From the NCBI GenBank assembly GCA_021613535.1, contig CP075494.1, positions 16,120,001-16,184,000 of the forward strand: DNA of 64,000 nucleotides, read 5' to 3'. A program made the position numbers and the translations under genes. The notes beneath the pieces were generated by a model that was given only the letters and a program-made list of their open reading frames with translations, did not search any database and was not told where the DNA came from. Source of the DNA: Adineta vaga (Eukaryota > Animalia > Rotifera). Shown here piece by piece: positions 35,901-47,899 of the stretch; position 1 is the first letter of the stretch, and every line of letters starts with the position of its first letter.

Positions 35901-38557
35901 GATATTAGATGCATCGATAATGAAAGAATTAAAAGAAATTCATCATGAAGAGATTATTGATACTAATCAAAAGTCTAAAAAGAAAAAAGTAAGAAAGAAC
36001 TTTTTGAATAAATTATATATGAAATCAAATTATAATATTTATAGGATAAAATCTCTAATATAACATTTACTATATTGAAAATGAATAAATCAGAATGGAT
36101 ATTTATTTTATTTGGATGTTTAGCAGCAATATGTAGTGGAGGTATTCAACCATTATTTAGTGCTATTTTAAGTAAATTAATCGCAGTATGTATAATAAAT
36201 ATTTTTTTTCATATAATATTATTTAAATTAATATAAAAAGGCTTTTGAACAATGTGAAAATAATGAACAAGAAAAATCTGTACATACTTATATTATTTTA
36301 TTTATTGTTATTGGAGTTGTTCGTTTTATTTCAATATTTTTTCAAGTAAATTAATTAAAAAAGTATTTCAATATATATATATTGTTACTTCGTTCTTCTA
36401 ATATAGACTTTTTTATTTGGTTATTCTGGTGCAGCATTAACTAAACGATTACGTTTAAAAATCTTTTCTCATATACTTCGTCAAGAAATTGCTTATTTTG
36501 ATCAAACAGAAAATAATACTGGAGCATTATGTACACGTTTATCAGCTGAAGCATCAGCAGTTCAAGGTGCTACAGGTGTTTTTCTTGGTGTTCTATTTCA
36601 AAATTTTGCATCACTTGGCATATCGATTTTAATTAGTTTTATTTTTTCTTGGCAAATGACATTAATTGTAGTAATATTTGTACCATTTATTGTTCTTGGT
36701 GGATTATTGCAAAGTCGCCTTAGTACGAAATTTGAAAATAAAACTAAACAAATTTTGGAAGATGCTGGTCAAGTAAAATATTTATTGATTAAATTAAACT
36801 TTTGTTTTTCATTTTATTATTATTTCAAATAGATTTCAATTGAATCGATTCAAAATAGACGAACAGTTGCATCGTTATCTGTGGAAGAATATATTTGCGA
36901 GAAATATTTCGAATTAATTGATAAATATGATAGATTATTATTGAAACGATCTCATATTCTGGCAATAATGTCATCAATAACAAATTCTTGTATATTTTTT
37001 TGTTGGGCTAGTCTCTTTGCAGCTGCGGTTTATCTCATCGAGAAACAAATTGTTTCATTTCAAAGTGTCCTATTGTAAGATATGAATGTATTGTTTTATG
37101 TGGTTAAAATTAATTCTAATTTATTTTAGAGTAATCACTTGTGTTATATTTGGTATTCAAAGTTTAAGTGAAACTTCATTAATGTAAGTTTCATGTTTAA
37201 TACTTTTCTTATGGTCGAAAAAGGAAATTTTGTAATTAAGGTCGTCTGATTATGGTAAAGCAAAACATGCAGCAGAGAATATTTTAAAATTTCTCTCACG
37301 AAAACCTCTTATTGATAATGAATCGAATGATGGTGAAGAGATCGTAAGTTATTTATTGATAAATAGAGTTTTTGATTCTTTTTTCTTATGATAAATTCTT
37401 ATTATAGAAAGATTTTCGTGGTGAAATTGAATTTGATGGTGTATATTTTACTTATTCAAATAGATCAAATGCAATTATTTTACAAGATTTTAATCTAACA
37501 GTTGAAGCTGGTAACTTCTATGATTTTTATATCTTATTTTATAATTCATTTTTATCTATCATTTTAGGTAAAAAAATAGCACTTGTTGGTAAATATATTT
37601 TGTTATTATTTATCGATATAGAATATATAAATCATTTTTAGGTGTATCTGGTTGTGGAAAATCAACAAGTATACAATTAATTGAACGTTTCTATGATACT
37701 TCAATTGGACAATTGGTAATAGGAATTGATATGCTTGACCTTTTTTTTTTCAAAGTTTTTCTTTTGTCTAGTTGATTGATTCGAAAAACATTCAAACGCT
37801 TAATTTGCAATGGTATCGATCACAACGTAAGTGTTTAGAAAATTAAATTTTCATTTAATTATTTTCATTTGATAATTATGTAGTTGGTATTGTTTCACAA
37901 GAACCAGTTTTATTTAATACATCAATTCATGATAATATTGCATATGGTGATACAAGTCGATCTAATATTCCATTCGAAGAAATTGTTCAAGCAGCAAAAG
38001 ATGCAAATATTCATGATTTTATACGACAACTTCCACAAGTAAAATGAAATATGAATTCAATAAATTTATTAGTAAATTTCTTATATTTAGGGATATGAAA
38101 CGAATTGTGGTGCTAATGGAAATCAATTATCAGGTGGTCAAAAACAACGAATCGGTATAAAGTTTATTTGATATAATGCGAGTTTTATTATTCTATCAAA
38201 AAAATATTTCTTTAGCTATTGCTCGAGCATTAATTCGAAATCCAAAGATACTTTTATTGGATGAAGGTAAGATAATCAATATGAATCAATTGATTGTTTA
38301 ACTAATAGAATGATTATTATTATTTCTTAGCAACTAGTGCACTCGATAGTGAAAGTGAAAAACTCGTTCAAGAAGCATTAGATAAAGCGCAACAAAATCG
38401 AACAACAGTTATAATTGCACACCGTTTATCAACAATCCAAAATGCAGATGTTATTTGTGTTATACACAAAGGAAAACTTGTTGAAAAAGGTACTCATGAA
38501 GAATTAATTGCGCAGAATGGACGATATTATCGATTAGTACATGGAAAACTCCAGTAA
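32988..38557 (+). CDS. ABCB1: ABCB1/P-glycoprotein-type full ABC transporter, many short exons
   Basis: TMD-NBD-TMD-NBD layout: [60 protein letters not shown]; second Walker A GVSGCGKS; ends HGKLQ*. The symbol is family-level and orthology is not established. Confidence 0.92.
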
Positions 38558-40169
38558 AAGATTTTATATAGACGAACTATCAACATTTCTTTTCATGCAT
38601 ACTTTAATGCGAATTGTTTTTTTTTGTTTCTATATTATAGAAAAAATCATGTTCATATTAATAGATAATCAGTTCAATTTCATAGAATTATACAGTCATA
38701 TCACCTTCGCGGTTAACATGTGATTGAAAGACGAAAGCTCATGTATGAAATAATGTTTACATTTGCTTCATCGTACATCCATATGTTAGATATCGTAGCA
38801 TTTCCAAGATTAGATCATATATTGTAAATTAAATGCCAAGTTATAGTCATTAAAGCTTGTGGATATAAAGCAGTATTACAGCTGCTAGACGAAAATCTAT
38901 CATAATGAAAGATAAAAGTAAATTGCTCATGCTTCAAAACACGTTAATATTCAATCTATAATCTATTTGTATATTTTGTATACATATCACCATCAATGGT
39001 TTGAGTAGATATAGTTCTGATGGATAATAATTCCCAGCATCTATCTAGAACAGATGGAAAGCTATTTTCATCGGTTGTTGTATCCCAAATAAAAAAGTAT
39101 TAACTATTTTAAAAAACAAAATTAACTTATGTGCATATTTTATTTCATTTATATCATTGTAATGTTAACATTTATTATTTTTGTTTGACCATCAAAATTT
39201 TATAAAAAAAAAGAAGAATTTCAGAAATATCGAATTGCTACACACAAATGGAAATATTATTATCAAGAATTTTATCTAAACTTTATTTTAGAAACAAATA
39301 ATTTGAATTGAGATTATATTTCAATGCGTCGCTTTCTTATGTAGAGAACAGATTCGAAAACAAAAATTTTCGCCTTATTTTCTTCTTTGTATATCTGTAT
39401 TTTCCCGACTGTCAGTTTTTTTCATTGAAGGAAAGAATGAGTTTTATTATAAAAGCAGTGTTTTTCTGACCTTTTTGACTGAATAAAAGATAGTCTTTTC
39501 GTAGATTTTTTGACAAAATAGAAAGTTATAATTGACTATCTATATACTGTTTTCTCGAGATTGGTATGTACTTAGGGGCTGAAATTTCGACTACAAATAA
39601 ATCGTAAAGCGAGCTAAAAAGGATCAAAAAAATCATGGTCTAATCTCTTTTAGTTACCGAGAAATCGAACTACGAGCAGGGTAGAAATTTAATTTTTTAA
39701 CGCTAAGCAGGACAAGCATCAGCAAGTTTTTTTTTCTTTAAATTATGAAAATCGATTGACTAAAAGTCTACATATAGACGATTTTGTTTTTCCAAGGGAA
39801 CCGTACAATACTAGAACAATTCAGTCATACTTACAATCGAAATCGTCTATTTTATGTATGATAAAAGCAATTTAAAAATGAATGTATACTATGTTTTCTA
39901 ATAGATGGTAATAGAATGATTTTTTGACCATCGTTTAAACAATTTCAAATGATTGTATTCCATGGAGTCATTGTTACAATATATTTGTTTCATTATCATT
40001 TTAATATGTTTATCTTTTCTGTATATCATGTTTTTCTCACATATTGTATAAATTTAAATTGTTTATTAATAAATTAAAAAGCGTGAATAAATGTTTTCTC
40101 TTCAAGATAGTTTTTTTTTAAAGAAAAAAAAAGAGTCATATTGTTCAAATGATAACTTTATTTGTTATC

Positions 40170-40505
40170 TTAACTTGTAAGTGATACTTCACCAATTTTT
40201 CCTTCTTTTGTAAATATACATGTTTGTTCATAACGTTTCTTGTCTTTATGTTCAACAATAAAACGAATACGATCACTATCTTCAGTTGGTAAAAATTCAA
40301 CCAGACTATGTTGATAATTTGGATCTAAAAATCGTTGTTCTGTTTGTTTTTTTAATTCATCTTTTGATCGAGAAAGTGATTCTCCATCACGTTTTACTTG
40401 ACAATTATCATCAATATACTTTAAGAATTCATCGATATTTTGGTCATTTAATGCTTTAGTCATACTTTCAATAATCTTTTTATGTTGCTCCAATGATGAT
40501 GACAT
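40170..40505 (-). CDS. SnoaL/NTF2-like small protein
   Basis: ALNDQNIDEFLKYIDDN N-terminal helix pattern and C-terminal F..EGKI strand; 111 aa, intronless CDS. Confidence 0.7.
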   Translation of the reverse strand: MSSSLEQHKKIIESMTKALNDQNIDEFLKYIDDNCQVKRDGESLSRSKDELKKQTEQRFLDPNYQHSLVEFLPTEDSDRIRFIVEHKDKKRYEQTCIFTKEGKIGEVSLTS

Positions 40506-40895
40506 ACTTCTTTCTTGTATTGATAAATATCTATAACAAAATAAATAGATATAAGAGAAATTCTATCAGCTTCTATTCTCTAATAAATAAATATTTGAAA
40601 TCAATCGTATCTTGAAAGTATTAAAATAAATATAACAACAAACTATAATGTTTTTCACTGAACCGTGACAAACAGAAAAAAAATGTGTATACTTATATAT
40701 AGTTCTTTTTTCTTTCTTTCTTGATATTATTTATCATTATTCAACGTCATTATTTTTCAATGTGATATAAATACTTTCCCCACCATTCAAGGATATTTCT
40801 ATTTATTGATAATGACAAAAGAAATTTATTGAGTATTCATTGAGTAAAAAGAATCTTTATTTATTCTATTCTAAAAATATATAAAAAAAAAATTT

Positions 40896-40955
40896 TGTGT
40901 AGGTGTGAGTGTCGATAAGGGTATTTTTCTTTACCCACATTCTCACCATTACTCG
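40896..40955. repeat. Degenerate telomeric-hexamer hairpin element
   Basis: tgtgtaggtgtgagtgt ... tacccacattctcacc. Confidence 0.45.
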
Positions 40956-41324
40956 TACGGTGAGTACAAAAATTATTCAACAAGCATATTTATCTTTCTT
41001 TTTTCGTCTATATCTCTATAACAAAGCAACACAAAGTCACTCAATTTTTACTAATTTGTTTTCTATGACCTCTAGTATATGAACAAAAAATTTCAGTGAA
41101 AAAGTTTTATTCGTTCGTTTTTTATTAAAAACAAACAAAATACATGATTTTTCATCGTACTAAAATTATTCAACAAGAACAGAAAAGGACAAATTAGTGA
41201 TTGCGCATATATATATTTCTTTTTTTCCAATCCAGTTGAACTATAGACATTCTTTCATATATTTAATAAACGTTTTTTATTCATTTGAAATCATCTTTGT
41301 TAATTTATAAAGGTGTATAACGAT

Positions 41325-41540
41325 ATGGTCCCTAAAAAAAGGAGCATTCTAACGAATTTCGAGAAATCATTATAAAACATTTTCTAAATGGTGATACTGA
41401 ACTGGATATATAGCTAAAAAAATGATATGCTTAAGAAATACGATTCATTCCATAATTGTAAAATACAAAAAAATCAAATGCGTTGGAAATATTTTGGTTC
41501 GTGGGTGGAAAAGAAAAACAACAATACGTGTTGACAAAGC
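41325..41540 (+). mobile_element. Tc1/mariner transposase N-terminal (HTH) relic
   Basis: With frameshifts it reads MVPKK.EHSNEFREIIIKHFLNGDTE..IAKKMICLRNTIHSIIVKYKK..CVGN....RKTT. Confidence 0.7.
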
Positions 41541-41597
41541 TAGAGACGTCTGGGGTGATTCGAATCAAAATTTCAGTCATTGATCATGTTTTATTTC

Positions 41598-41640
41598 GTG
41601 GGTGTCGATGTGGGTATAATAACAGCTCAACCCACACCCA
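41598..41640. repeat. Telomeric-hexamer hairpin element
   Basis: gtgggtgtcgatgtgggt ... acccacaccca. Confidence 0.65.
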
Positions 41641-42513
41641 TTATCTAGAAAATGAACTCGAGGTTGTCTATGACATTTTGGTCGGAGTCAACATTAATTT
41701 TTACACAAAAATCAGTTGGAAAGTGGCAAATTATCTGCATTTTTCTTCCAAAGAGAAAAATTTTAAGTTATGTCGACTTGATTTCTATTGTTTCTGAATA
41801 TTTTTAAAATTGATCACATTTTTCTCCGATGTTCCGAATTGCCATTCTCCAGATCTGATTCCTTCGCGTCACCACTGAGCTGAGCCTACCCTAGACTAAA
41901 ACCGTTCCGTCGCCATTGAGCGCACATCTCAGTTTATTTTCATTCAATCTCCAATGTTCAATTCGTCGCCAAGTTCTTCCTGCGATTCATTTAAATTGTC
42001 AACTTCTCACGTGACTTTATTGTCTTCTTAGTTACCTTTCTGAAGAGTCCTATCTGTTGAGTATCCACCAGCACCGTATATTTACCACTCTACAACTGAG
42101 ATTTTCAAGACGTCTTTAGCAACGACAATGCAATCATGTCAGGTTATTCTTGATCGAGCTGAATTCGAAGCTGTTGTGAATATTTGACGATATGTTTGAA
42201 GGTTCAATAGACGTCACCGATGCTCTCGAGCATATTTTAGCCATTTTTGATATTATAGTATTAACATTTCAGTAGTTTTTCATATAAAAGTAGATTAAAT
42301 AAAAAAGGTGTATCTACATGTATGTTATTTCTAGCTTTTCTTTTTTTTAATGAAAATCATATTTTTTATACGATCAAACTGTTGTATTATTATTATTATT
42401 AGGTGATTTCGTTGTACGTCTCATATTGATAATTTAATCTTGCAAATGAGGATTTGGATCTATTAGATAAAACGAAAATTCTCTTATTCTATCACTCTTA
42501 TTTTAATTTTGAT

Positions 42514-45500
42514 TTAGTTTTTACAAATAAGTTTATGTTTATATAATTTCCAATCATTAGTTTGACATTCTTTTGAACAATAACGAGCTTGTTCACATTT
42601 GCCACAAAATTTCGATGCATTTGCTTCACAACAATATCGACACATATTTAATATCCATTCTGATTCGCTTTGCATTACAATCGAAGAAATATCATCAACA
42701 CGAATCGATGGTTTCATATCAACTTTTCCTATTCGTAAATAAGGATTGATAATATGGATTTTTTTTCCAACAGTATATGATTTCTTGATTAAATATTCAC
42801 CTTGTTCTTCTGAAATTCCATAAATGAGCATACGTTGACAATCAAAATTTTCATCTTCAATGACAAGATGAATTGATGGAATCCATGAGAATGTCTCTTC
42901 AATAATTGTTACAGAAAGTACACGTCCAGTATAAACATAATCTTTTCTTGGATCCATTTCTCGTAATGTAATTGATTTCAAACCAATTAATGATTTGTCT
43001 GTTTGTTGTTTAACTCGAGGTTTCACAGTCGTCGAAATACTTTTATAAGCTGGATTCCGTTTTTCATCTAACGTTGTTTTCTCCCATTCACGATGATTTT
43101 TAATAAGTTCTATTCTATAAGGATCAGTAAGATGTTTTTTACGATTATTAATTGGTTCTGGTTCTACATTGTTGATCGTAGATTCCATCATATCAACAAA
43201 TGGTTGTATAAATGCAATATTTTCTGATTTATACGGCAAAAAACATGGTAATTGTAGCTTTTCTGCCTCTTTACCTTCTTTATATCTTTTAAAGATCCAA
43301 TCCATTGCAACATCAGGCCTATAATCTTTCATATAACATTGTGCCATTTCATAATATGCTTCAGGAATTTTTCGATGATCTTTTGGAGCAATTGTAATAA
43401 ATTTTTCATAGGCTTTAATTGCTTCATTCATATCTTTACCTATATGACGTAATAGAATAGCTTTATGATACAATAATGTATAATTATTAGGTTCTATTTC
43501 AAGTCCATGGTTTATATTATATAAGCCAGTGTCAGATTGACGTCGAAATCCATGTACTGCGCCACTTATTAAGTAGAAATAGATTGATTTTGGATATTTT
43601 TGTTTACATATCTCAAGAAATTGTTCAACTAATCCATATGAATTGATATTTAATGTTGCAAAACAGAATCGAACATCTTCATCCAGTTGTGAAGTAATAG
43701 ATTTTGATTCTTTGGTACATCGAAATAATACTCTTTCGATGATGTTACTGACTTTTTTATGCATGTGACTTGGAATTTGAGCTACAATAGTTTCAATACG
43801 ATAACATTGTGAGAGTTCATGAACAAATATATTCTCTTGTTCTTCGGTTAAAGTTTCAAAAGAAATGAGTATATTTAGCGCTTGTGTGTAATGTTCTAAT
43901 GCAGTACGAAGTTTCTTAGCTGTTATTGAACCACGACGAGCATAGTCGCATAACATCTCGTAATCTTTCAAATATAAGTGTTCAGATGCCACTGATGCAG
44001 AATATTTACTTTGACATGACAATAAGTAGTTCTCCGCTGTTTTCATTGCTTTTAAAACATCCGGTGAACATCGTTGACGTGCTTCCAATGTTTTTATAAA
44101 CTTATCACGATCTCGTCGAGCGACAACATTACCTGATTCACAAGCACGATCGTACCAAAGTCTTGCCATTTGAAAATCATTTTTACTTAATCGAATCTCT
44201 GCTAAAGTCATCATAGCAACTGGATCACCTCTTTTTGCTGCTAATTCATGTAATTGATCAGCTTTTTCAAGATCCTTGTCAACGGCAAGACCATCTAAAT
44301 ACATTGAACCTAAATTATTAGCAGCCATTGCACTACCATGATCAGTAGCACGTTGATACCAATAAACAGCTAATGAAAGATCTTTACGAACACTAATACC
44401 TTCAAAATATCTCACTCCTAAAGCGTGTTCAGATTCAGCTACACCAATGTTTGGTAAACCTTTTACTATAGGATGTTCTGGTGGTTGTGCCGCTGCCTTT
44501 TCAAGCCATTCGCGAGCCAAATTATGATCTTTTTTTACACCTAGACCTTTATCTAATAATCGTGCTAAATTATACATTCCTTCAGCATTACCCGCATTTG
44601 CTGCTTTAGCAAAATATTTCGCAGCTTGTTCATAATCTTGTATAACATCGATATCTCCAAGTGCAAATTGATGTCCTTTCATTACATCAGCTGCTGATGG
44701 ATCTATTAATTTGAGTAAATTTCTATTTTTTCTCATCATTTCTGGATCCAAACCGAACTTTTCTTTTAAGTCATTTAAATTTTCTGGAATTGTTTTCCAA
44801 TTCGTTCGTGGATCAAGATATTCTTGTCGTGAATTTCGATGAACTATTATTCGACTCTCATCTAATGCTGTTTGTATTTCAATTTTTGTTGGATCAAGTG
44901 CAAATGCTCGTTCAAATGAATCAATTGCCTTTTCATGTTCTTCTAAGACAACATAGACTTGTCCAACACGAAAATGTGCTTTCCACCATGTTAACCAAAG
45001 TTTTCTTGCTAGTTTAGCATCTTTTAAAGCACGATCTAATTCTTTTGTTATATCATCATCTTCACAACTATCCGACGAATATAATTGTTGTTTATAAAAT
45101 GCTAATCGACTTGCAGCCATATTCGAAAAGAAAGTAGCTCGATCATGATCTGCAACACCTGATAAAACTGTTGCTTTAATAAAGAATGTTATTGCTTGAG
45201 AATAATTTTCATCTTTATGAGCTTTTGTACCCAAGGAATTGAAATGAAATGCTTCTTTTTTATTTTCTTCATTTATTGTTTGTTTTGGTGAATCAAATAC
45301 ACTATCATCTTTTAATTTATCTAATTCACTTTCAATATCACCAAATGTAACTAAAATTACAGATATATCAATCCATAATTGATTAAATTCTGTATTATCA
45401 ATAAATTTTGATGGATGATGAACTAATTGATTTCTTAAATCTCTTAATTGTTTTAGAAGTACATCTTCTTGATCAAGTTGTTGTATTTCATTTGTATTCA

Positions 45501-45795
45501 ATGTTTGTGGACGATTACTATACAATAAAATAGAAGATAAAGTTGATAAATCCCATTCATCTGTATTTCCATTCGAAACAGATATTTTTTGTGTAGGTGT
45601 TAAATTGATTTTCTTATTTTTTAAAATAACATTTGTTAAATAATTGTTTCCACATGTTGGTAAATCAACCCATGTTTGACCATTGTTGAATAGTGAATAA
45701 CGATCTTTAAATAAATTACGAAGTATATTATTTGAACGTGAGATTAACAAATCTAGTTTGAAATAATTACGAACTTCCGTTGATATATTAGCCAT
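42514..45795 (-). CDS. HEPN (DZIP3-like) - TPR - Sel1 repeats - TPR - MYND zinc-finger protein, intronless, 1093 aa
   Basis: WDLSTL...LRNQLVH..S...F..LW N-terminal domain; TPRs (KAHFRVGQVY..LE); Sel1 repeats (GMYNLA....G.GV.KD, ANNLG.MY.DG); C-terminal CRYC...CGKC....YCSKECQ..DW...HK..C. Confidence 0.88.
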   Translation of the reverse strand: MANISTEVRNYFKLDLLISRSNNILRNLFKDRYSLFNNGQTWVDLPTCGNNYLTNVILKNKKINLTPTQKISVSNGNTDEWDLSTLSSILLYSNRPQTLNTNEIQQLDQEDVLLKQLRDLRNQLVHHPSKFIDNTEFNQLWIDISVILVTFGDIESELDKLKDDSVFDSPKQTINEENKKEAFHFNSLGTKAHKDENYSQAITFFIKATVLSGVADHDRATFFSNMAASRLAFYKQQLYSSDSCEDDDITKELDRALKDAKLARKLWLTWWKAHFRVGQVYVVLEEHEKAIDSFERAFALDPTKIEIQTALDESRIIVHRNSRQEYLDPRTNWKTIPENLNDLKEKFGLDPEMMRKNRNLLKLIDPSAADVMKGHQFALGDIDVIQDYEQAAKYFAKAANAGNAEGMYNLARLLDKGLGVKKDHNLAREWLEKAAAQPPEHPIVKGLPNIGVAESEHALGVRYFEGISVRKDLSLAVYWYQRATDHGSAMAANNLGSMYLDGLAVDKDLEKADQLHELAAKRGDPVAMMTLAEIRLSKNDFQMARLWYDRACESGNVVARRDRDKFIKTLEARQRCSPDVLKAMKTAENYLLSCQSKYSASVASEHLYLKDYEMLCDYARRGSITAKKLRTALEHYTQALNILISFETLTEEQENIFVHELSQCYRIETIVAQIPSHMHKKVSNIIERVLFRCTKESKSITSQLDEDVRFCFATLNINSYGLVEQFLEICKQKYPKSIYFYLISGAVHGFRRQSDTGLYNINHGLEIEPNNYTLLYHKAILLRHIGKDMNEAIKAYEKFITIAPKDHRKIPEAYYEMAQCYMKDYRPDVAMDWIFKRYKEGKEAEKLQLPCFLPYKSENIAFIQPFVDMMESTINNVEPEPINNRKKHLTDPYRIELIKNHREWEKTTLDEKRNPAYKSISTTVKPRVKQQTDKSLIGLKSITLREMDPRKDYVYTGRVLSVTIIEETFSWIPSIHLVIEDENFDCQRMLIYGISEEQGEYLIKKSYTVGKKIHIINPYLRIGKVDMKPSIRVDDISSIVMQSESEWILNMCRYCCEANASKFCGKCEQARYCSKECQTNDWKLYKHKLICKN

Positions 45796-46179
45796 AAGAG
45801 AACTATTTTATTGAGATATGTCGTTTAATTCAGAAGAGCTGAAATGGCAGTAAATATTACAAACTTTTTCTTTTTCTTATCTTCAAAATTCTGTCGTTAG
45901 TCAAAGAAAAAAAGATGAAAAGAAACACATAAGAAGGCAACATTATTTATTTTTTCTCATGTGTTTTTTTTTCATTCTCAAGAGAATGAGTTGTGCTTCT
46001 CAAATGATACAAGAGAAGAAAAGGAACAACATACGAATGAAGGAAAGATTTCAAGCAAACCAATTGATGTACTATTGATAAGATATGAAAAGACTTTTGA
46101 AAGAAAAGGACATTGATATATAGATGATGACATTTGAAAAATGACTTAATTTTTTGTTGACGAAAACATTCAGGTAACA

Positions 46180-47631
46180 ATGTACCCAAGTTTTATCAAA
46201 AAATACTTGACTTTTATACCAACAACAGTGGAACAAAATGAAAAATGGATTCATATAGCGGAACAAGGAGCAAGCTTGAATACCTATTTTTTGGACATTG
46301 AAAATAGTCACCTGAAGTTTTTGAACGATACTCTCAGTGATAAAAACTTTGTTAGTAGTTTGACCAATTATCACAAGAAACTCGTCATGGATAAGATGAA
46401 AACTTTACAATATGAATTTCCCAAACTAACAATCAATCTATATTCGGATTTTAAATCTCTTCGATTTTTATTTACAGATGATGTTCCTGTGAATTTACAA
46501 GAACATTTGATTCAATTACTAAAACCAATCAATGAAGAGTTTTCAAACTTTATTTATTCATGGGAAATATTTAGAAAAACAAATCACTCCGAAATCTGGT
46601 TTCGTGCTGGCTTTGGACAATCCGCCGATCAGGCAAATATTGCTGCTCGATATTCACGTCGTATGAAAATGAATACTTTCCAATCTTACGATGAAACTTC
46701 ATTTAGAATAATTTTACAGAATGAATTTCAAATGGTTGAAAACATCCGACAAACATTGTGTCATATATTCAAAGATACTTTGGTGCTTGAGGGAAATACA
46801 TTACATGAAAATGTTTTTGATATTATTCGTAGAAATATCGATAGCGAACAAAATATTTCAAATGTGATCAAACGACATTATGGTGTGAGTTTGATTTCTT
46901 TTGAAACTATTAATATCCTTCGAATATACGTAAAACTTATCGATACTTTTCAACCATGCTTATATATTCCAAAACGAGAATTTGCAAATATGAACGCGGC
47001 GAAGTTTGGAGGTTTTTCAGCAGATATTATAGGTTTAGGTTCGAAAAATCTTAAAGCAACAGCTGAAGCTCTGACAAAAAGCGATACTATCGATGAAGTT
47101 TTCGTACATACCCGTACTGCAGAGAGAACAGTAACTGAACAATTCGTTGAACAAAAGCGTTATTTTGAACGTATACTTAGAAAAACAATCGCTTCTGACA
47201 AATTTAAACTTACATATTCCGGAGATGATTGCGTAGTCATAGCAGCAGCACCTATTACAGATGATGAAAAAGAGGCAATTCTGTTCGAATTAAATAATGA
47301 TCAATATGCATGGAAATATCGCCTTGCATTTATTTCAGATGGAGTGAAAGATTGTGATGTAAGAAATATATTAAGTACTCACGGAGAAAGTATAGAAAAA
47401 CTGTTGAGAAAATCTTTAGAGAACGAGCTTGATCCAAGTAAATTAAAGAATCTCACATTTGGTATTGATATGAGAACACGTGAAGTCAATCAAGGAAGTG
47501 TTAGATTGATTTTAGTCGAATCTCACAGAGTAACATTCAATTCTAATGAGTATAAGACTATTCAAGAAATATTTAGGAAAGTTCTAGACGAAATAAACGA
47601 AATATTTAAATCTAAATATCAAACTGTTTAA
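46180..47631 (+). CDS. Hypothetical 483-aa protein with two palm-like (GGDEF/Cas10-like) motif sets, intronless
   Basis: The long clean ORF supports a gene. FLDIENSHLKFLND..YSDFK and FSADIIGLG...YSGDD suggest a palm/nucleotidyl-cyclase fold, but the function is tentative. Confidence 0.65.
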   Translation: MYPSFIKKYLTFIPTTVEQNEKWIHIAEQGASLNTYFLDIENSHLKFLNDTLSDKNFVSSLTNYHKKLVMDKMKTLQYEFPKLTINLYSDFKSLRFLFTDDVPVNLQEHLIQLLKPINEEFSNFIYSWEIFRKTNHSEIWFRAGFGQSADQANIAARYSRRMKMNTFQSYDETSFRIILQNEFQMVENIRQTLCHIFKDTLVLEGNTLHENVFDIIRRNIDSEQNISNVIKRHYGVSLISFETINILRIYVKLIDTFQPCLYIPKREFANMNAAKFGGFSADIIGLGSKNLKATAEALTKSDTIDEVFVHTRTAERTVTEQFVEQKRYFERILRKTIASDKFKLTYSGDDCVVIAAAPITDDEKEAILFELNNDQYAWKYRLAFISDGVKDCDVRNILSTHGESIEKLLRKSLENELDPSKLKNLTFGIDMRTREVNQGSVRLILVESHRVTFNSNEYKTIQEIFRKVLDEINEIFKSKYQTV

Positions 47632-47813
47632 CGTTTTCTAATATTGTGTTTACAAAGAACATGGCACTATGTGGGGAAAACGAAATCGTATACGGAGTTC
47701 GTATTCTTCATCTTGGGTATTCTTTCCTTTTTCATGTATTATTACCATATGTATTTATGATTGTTTGTTGGATGCATTATTTTCTATTCTTTTGTATTGC
47801 AAATAAACGATTA

Positions 47814-47856
47814 CAGTAAAACCTCTCTATAATGGACACTATGAGAGGTTTTACTG
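47814..47856. mobile_element. 43-bp pogo/Tigger-like micro-MITE
   Basis: Perfect 14-bp TIRs cagtaaaacctctc / gagaggttttactg; TA on the left, CA on the right. Confidence 0.6.
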
Positions 47857-47899
47857 CATAGAAAATTCTGCGAATGAATTATTTTAGAATTCGATCATT

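Noticed and set aside
39330-39900. MITE-like interior sequence
   Set aside because: No paired TIRs or TSD identified
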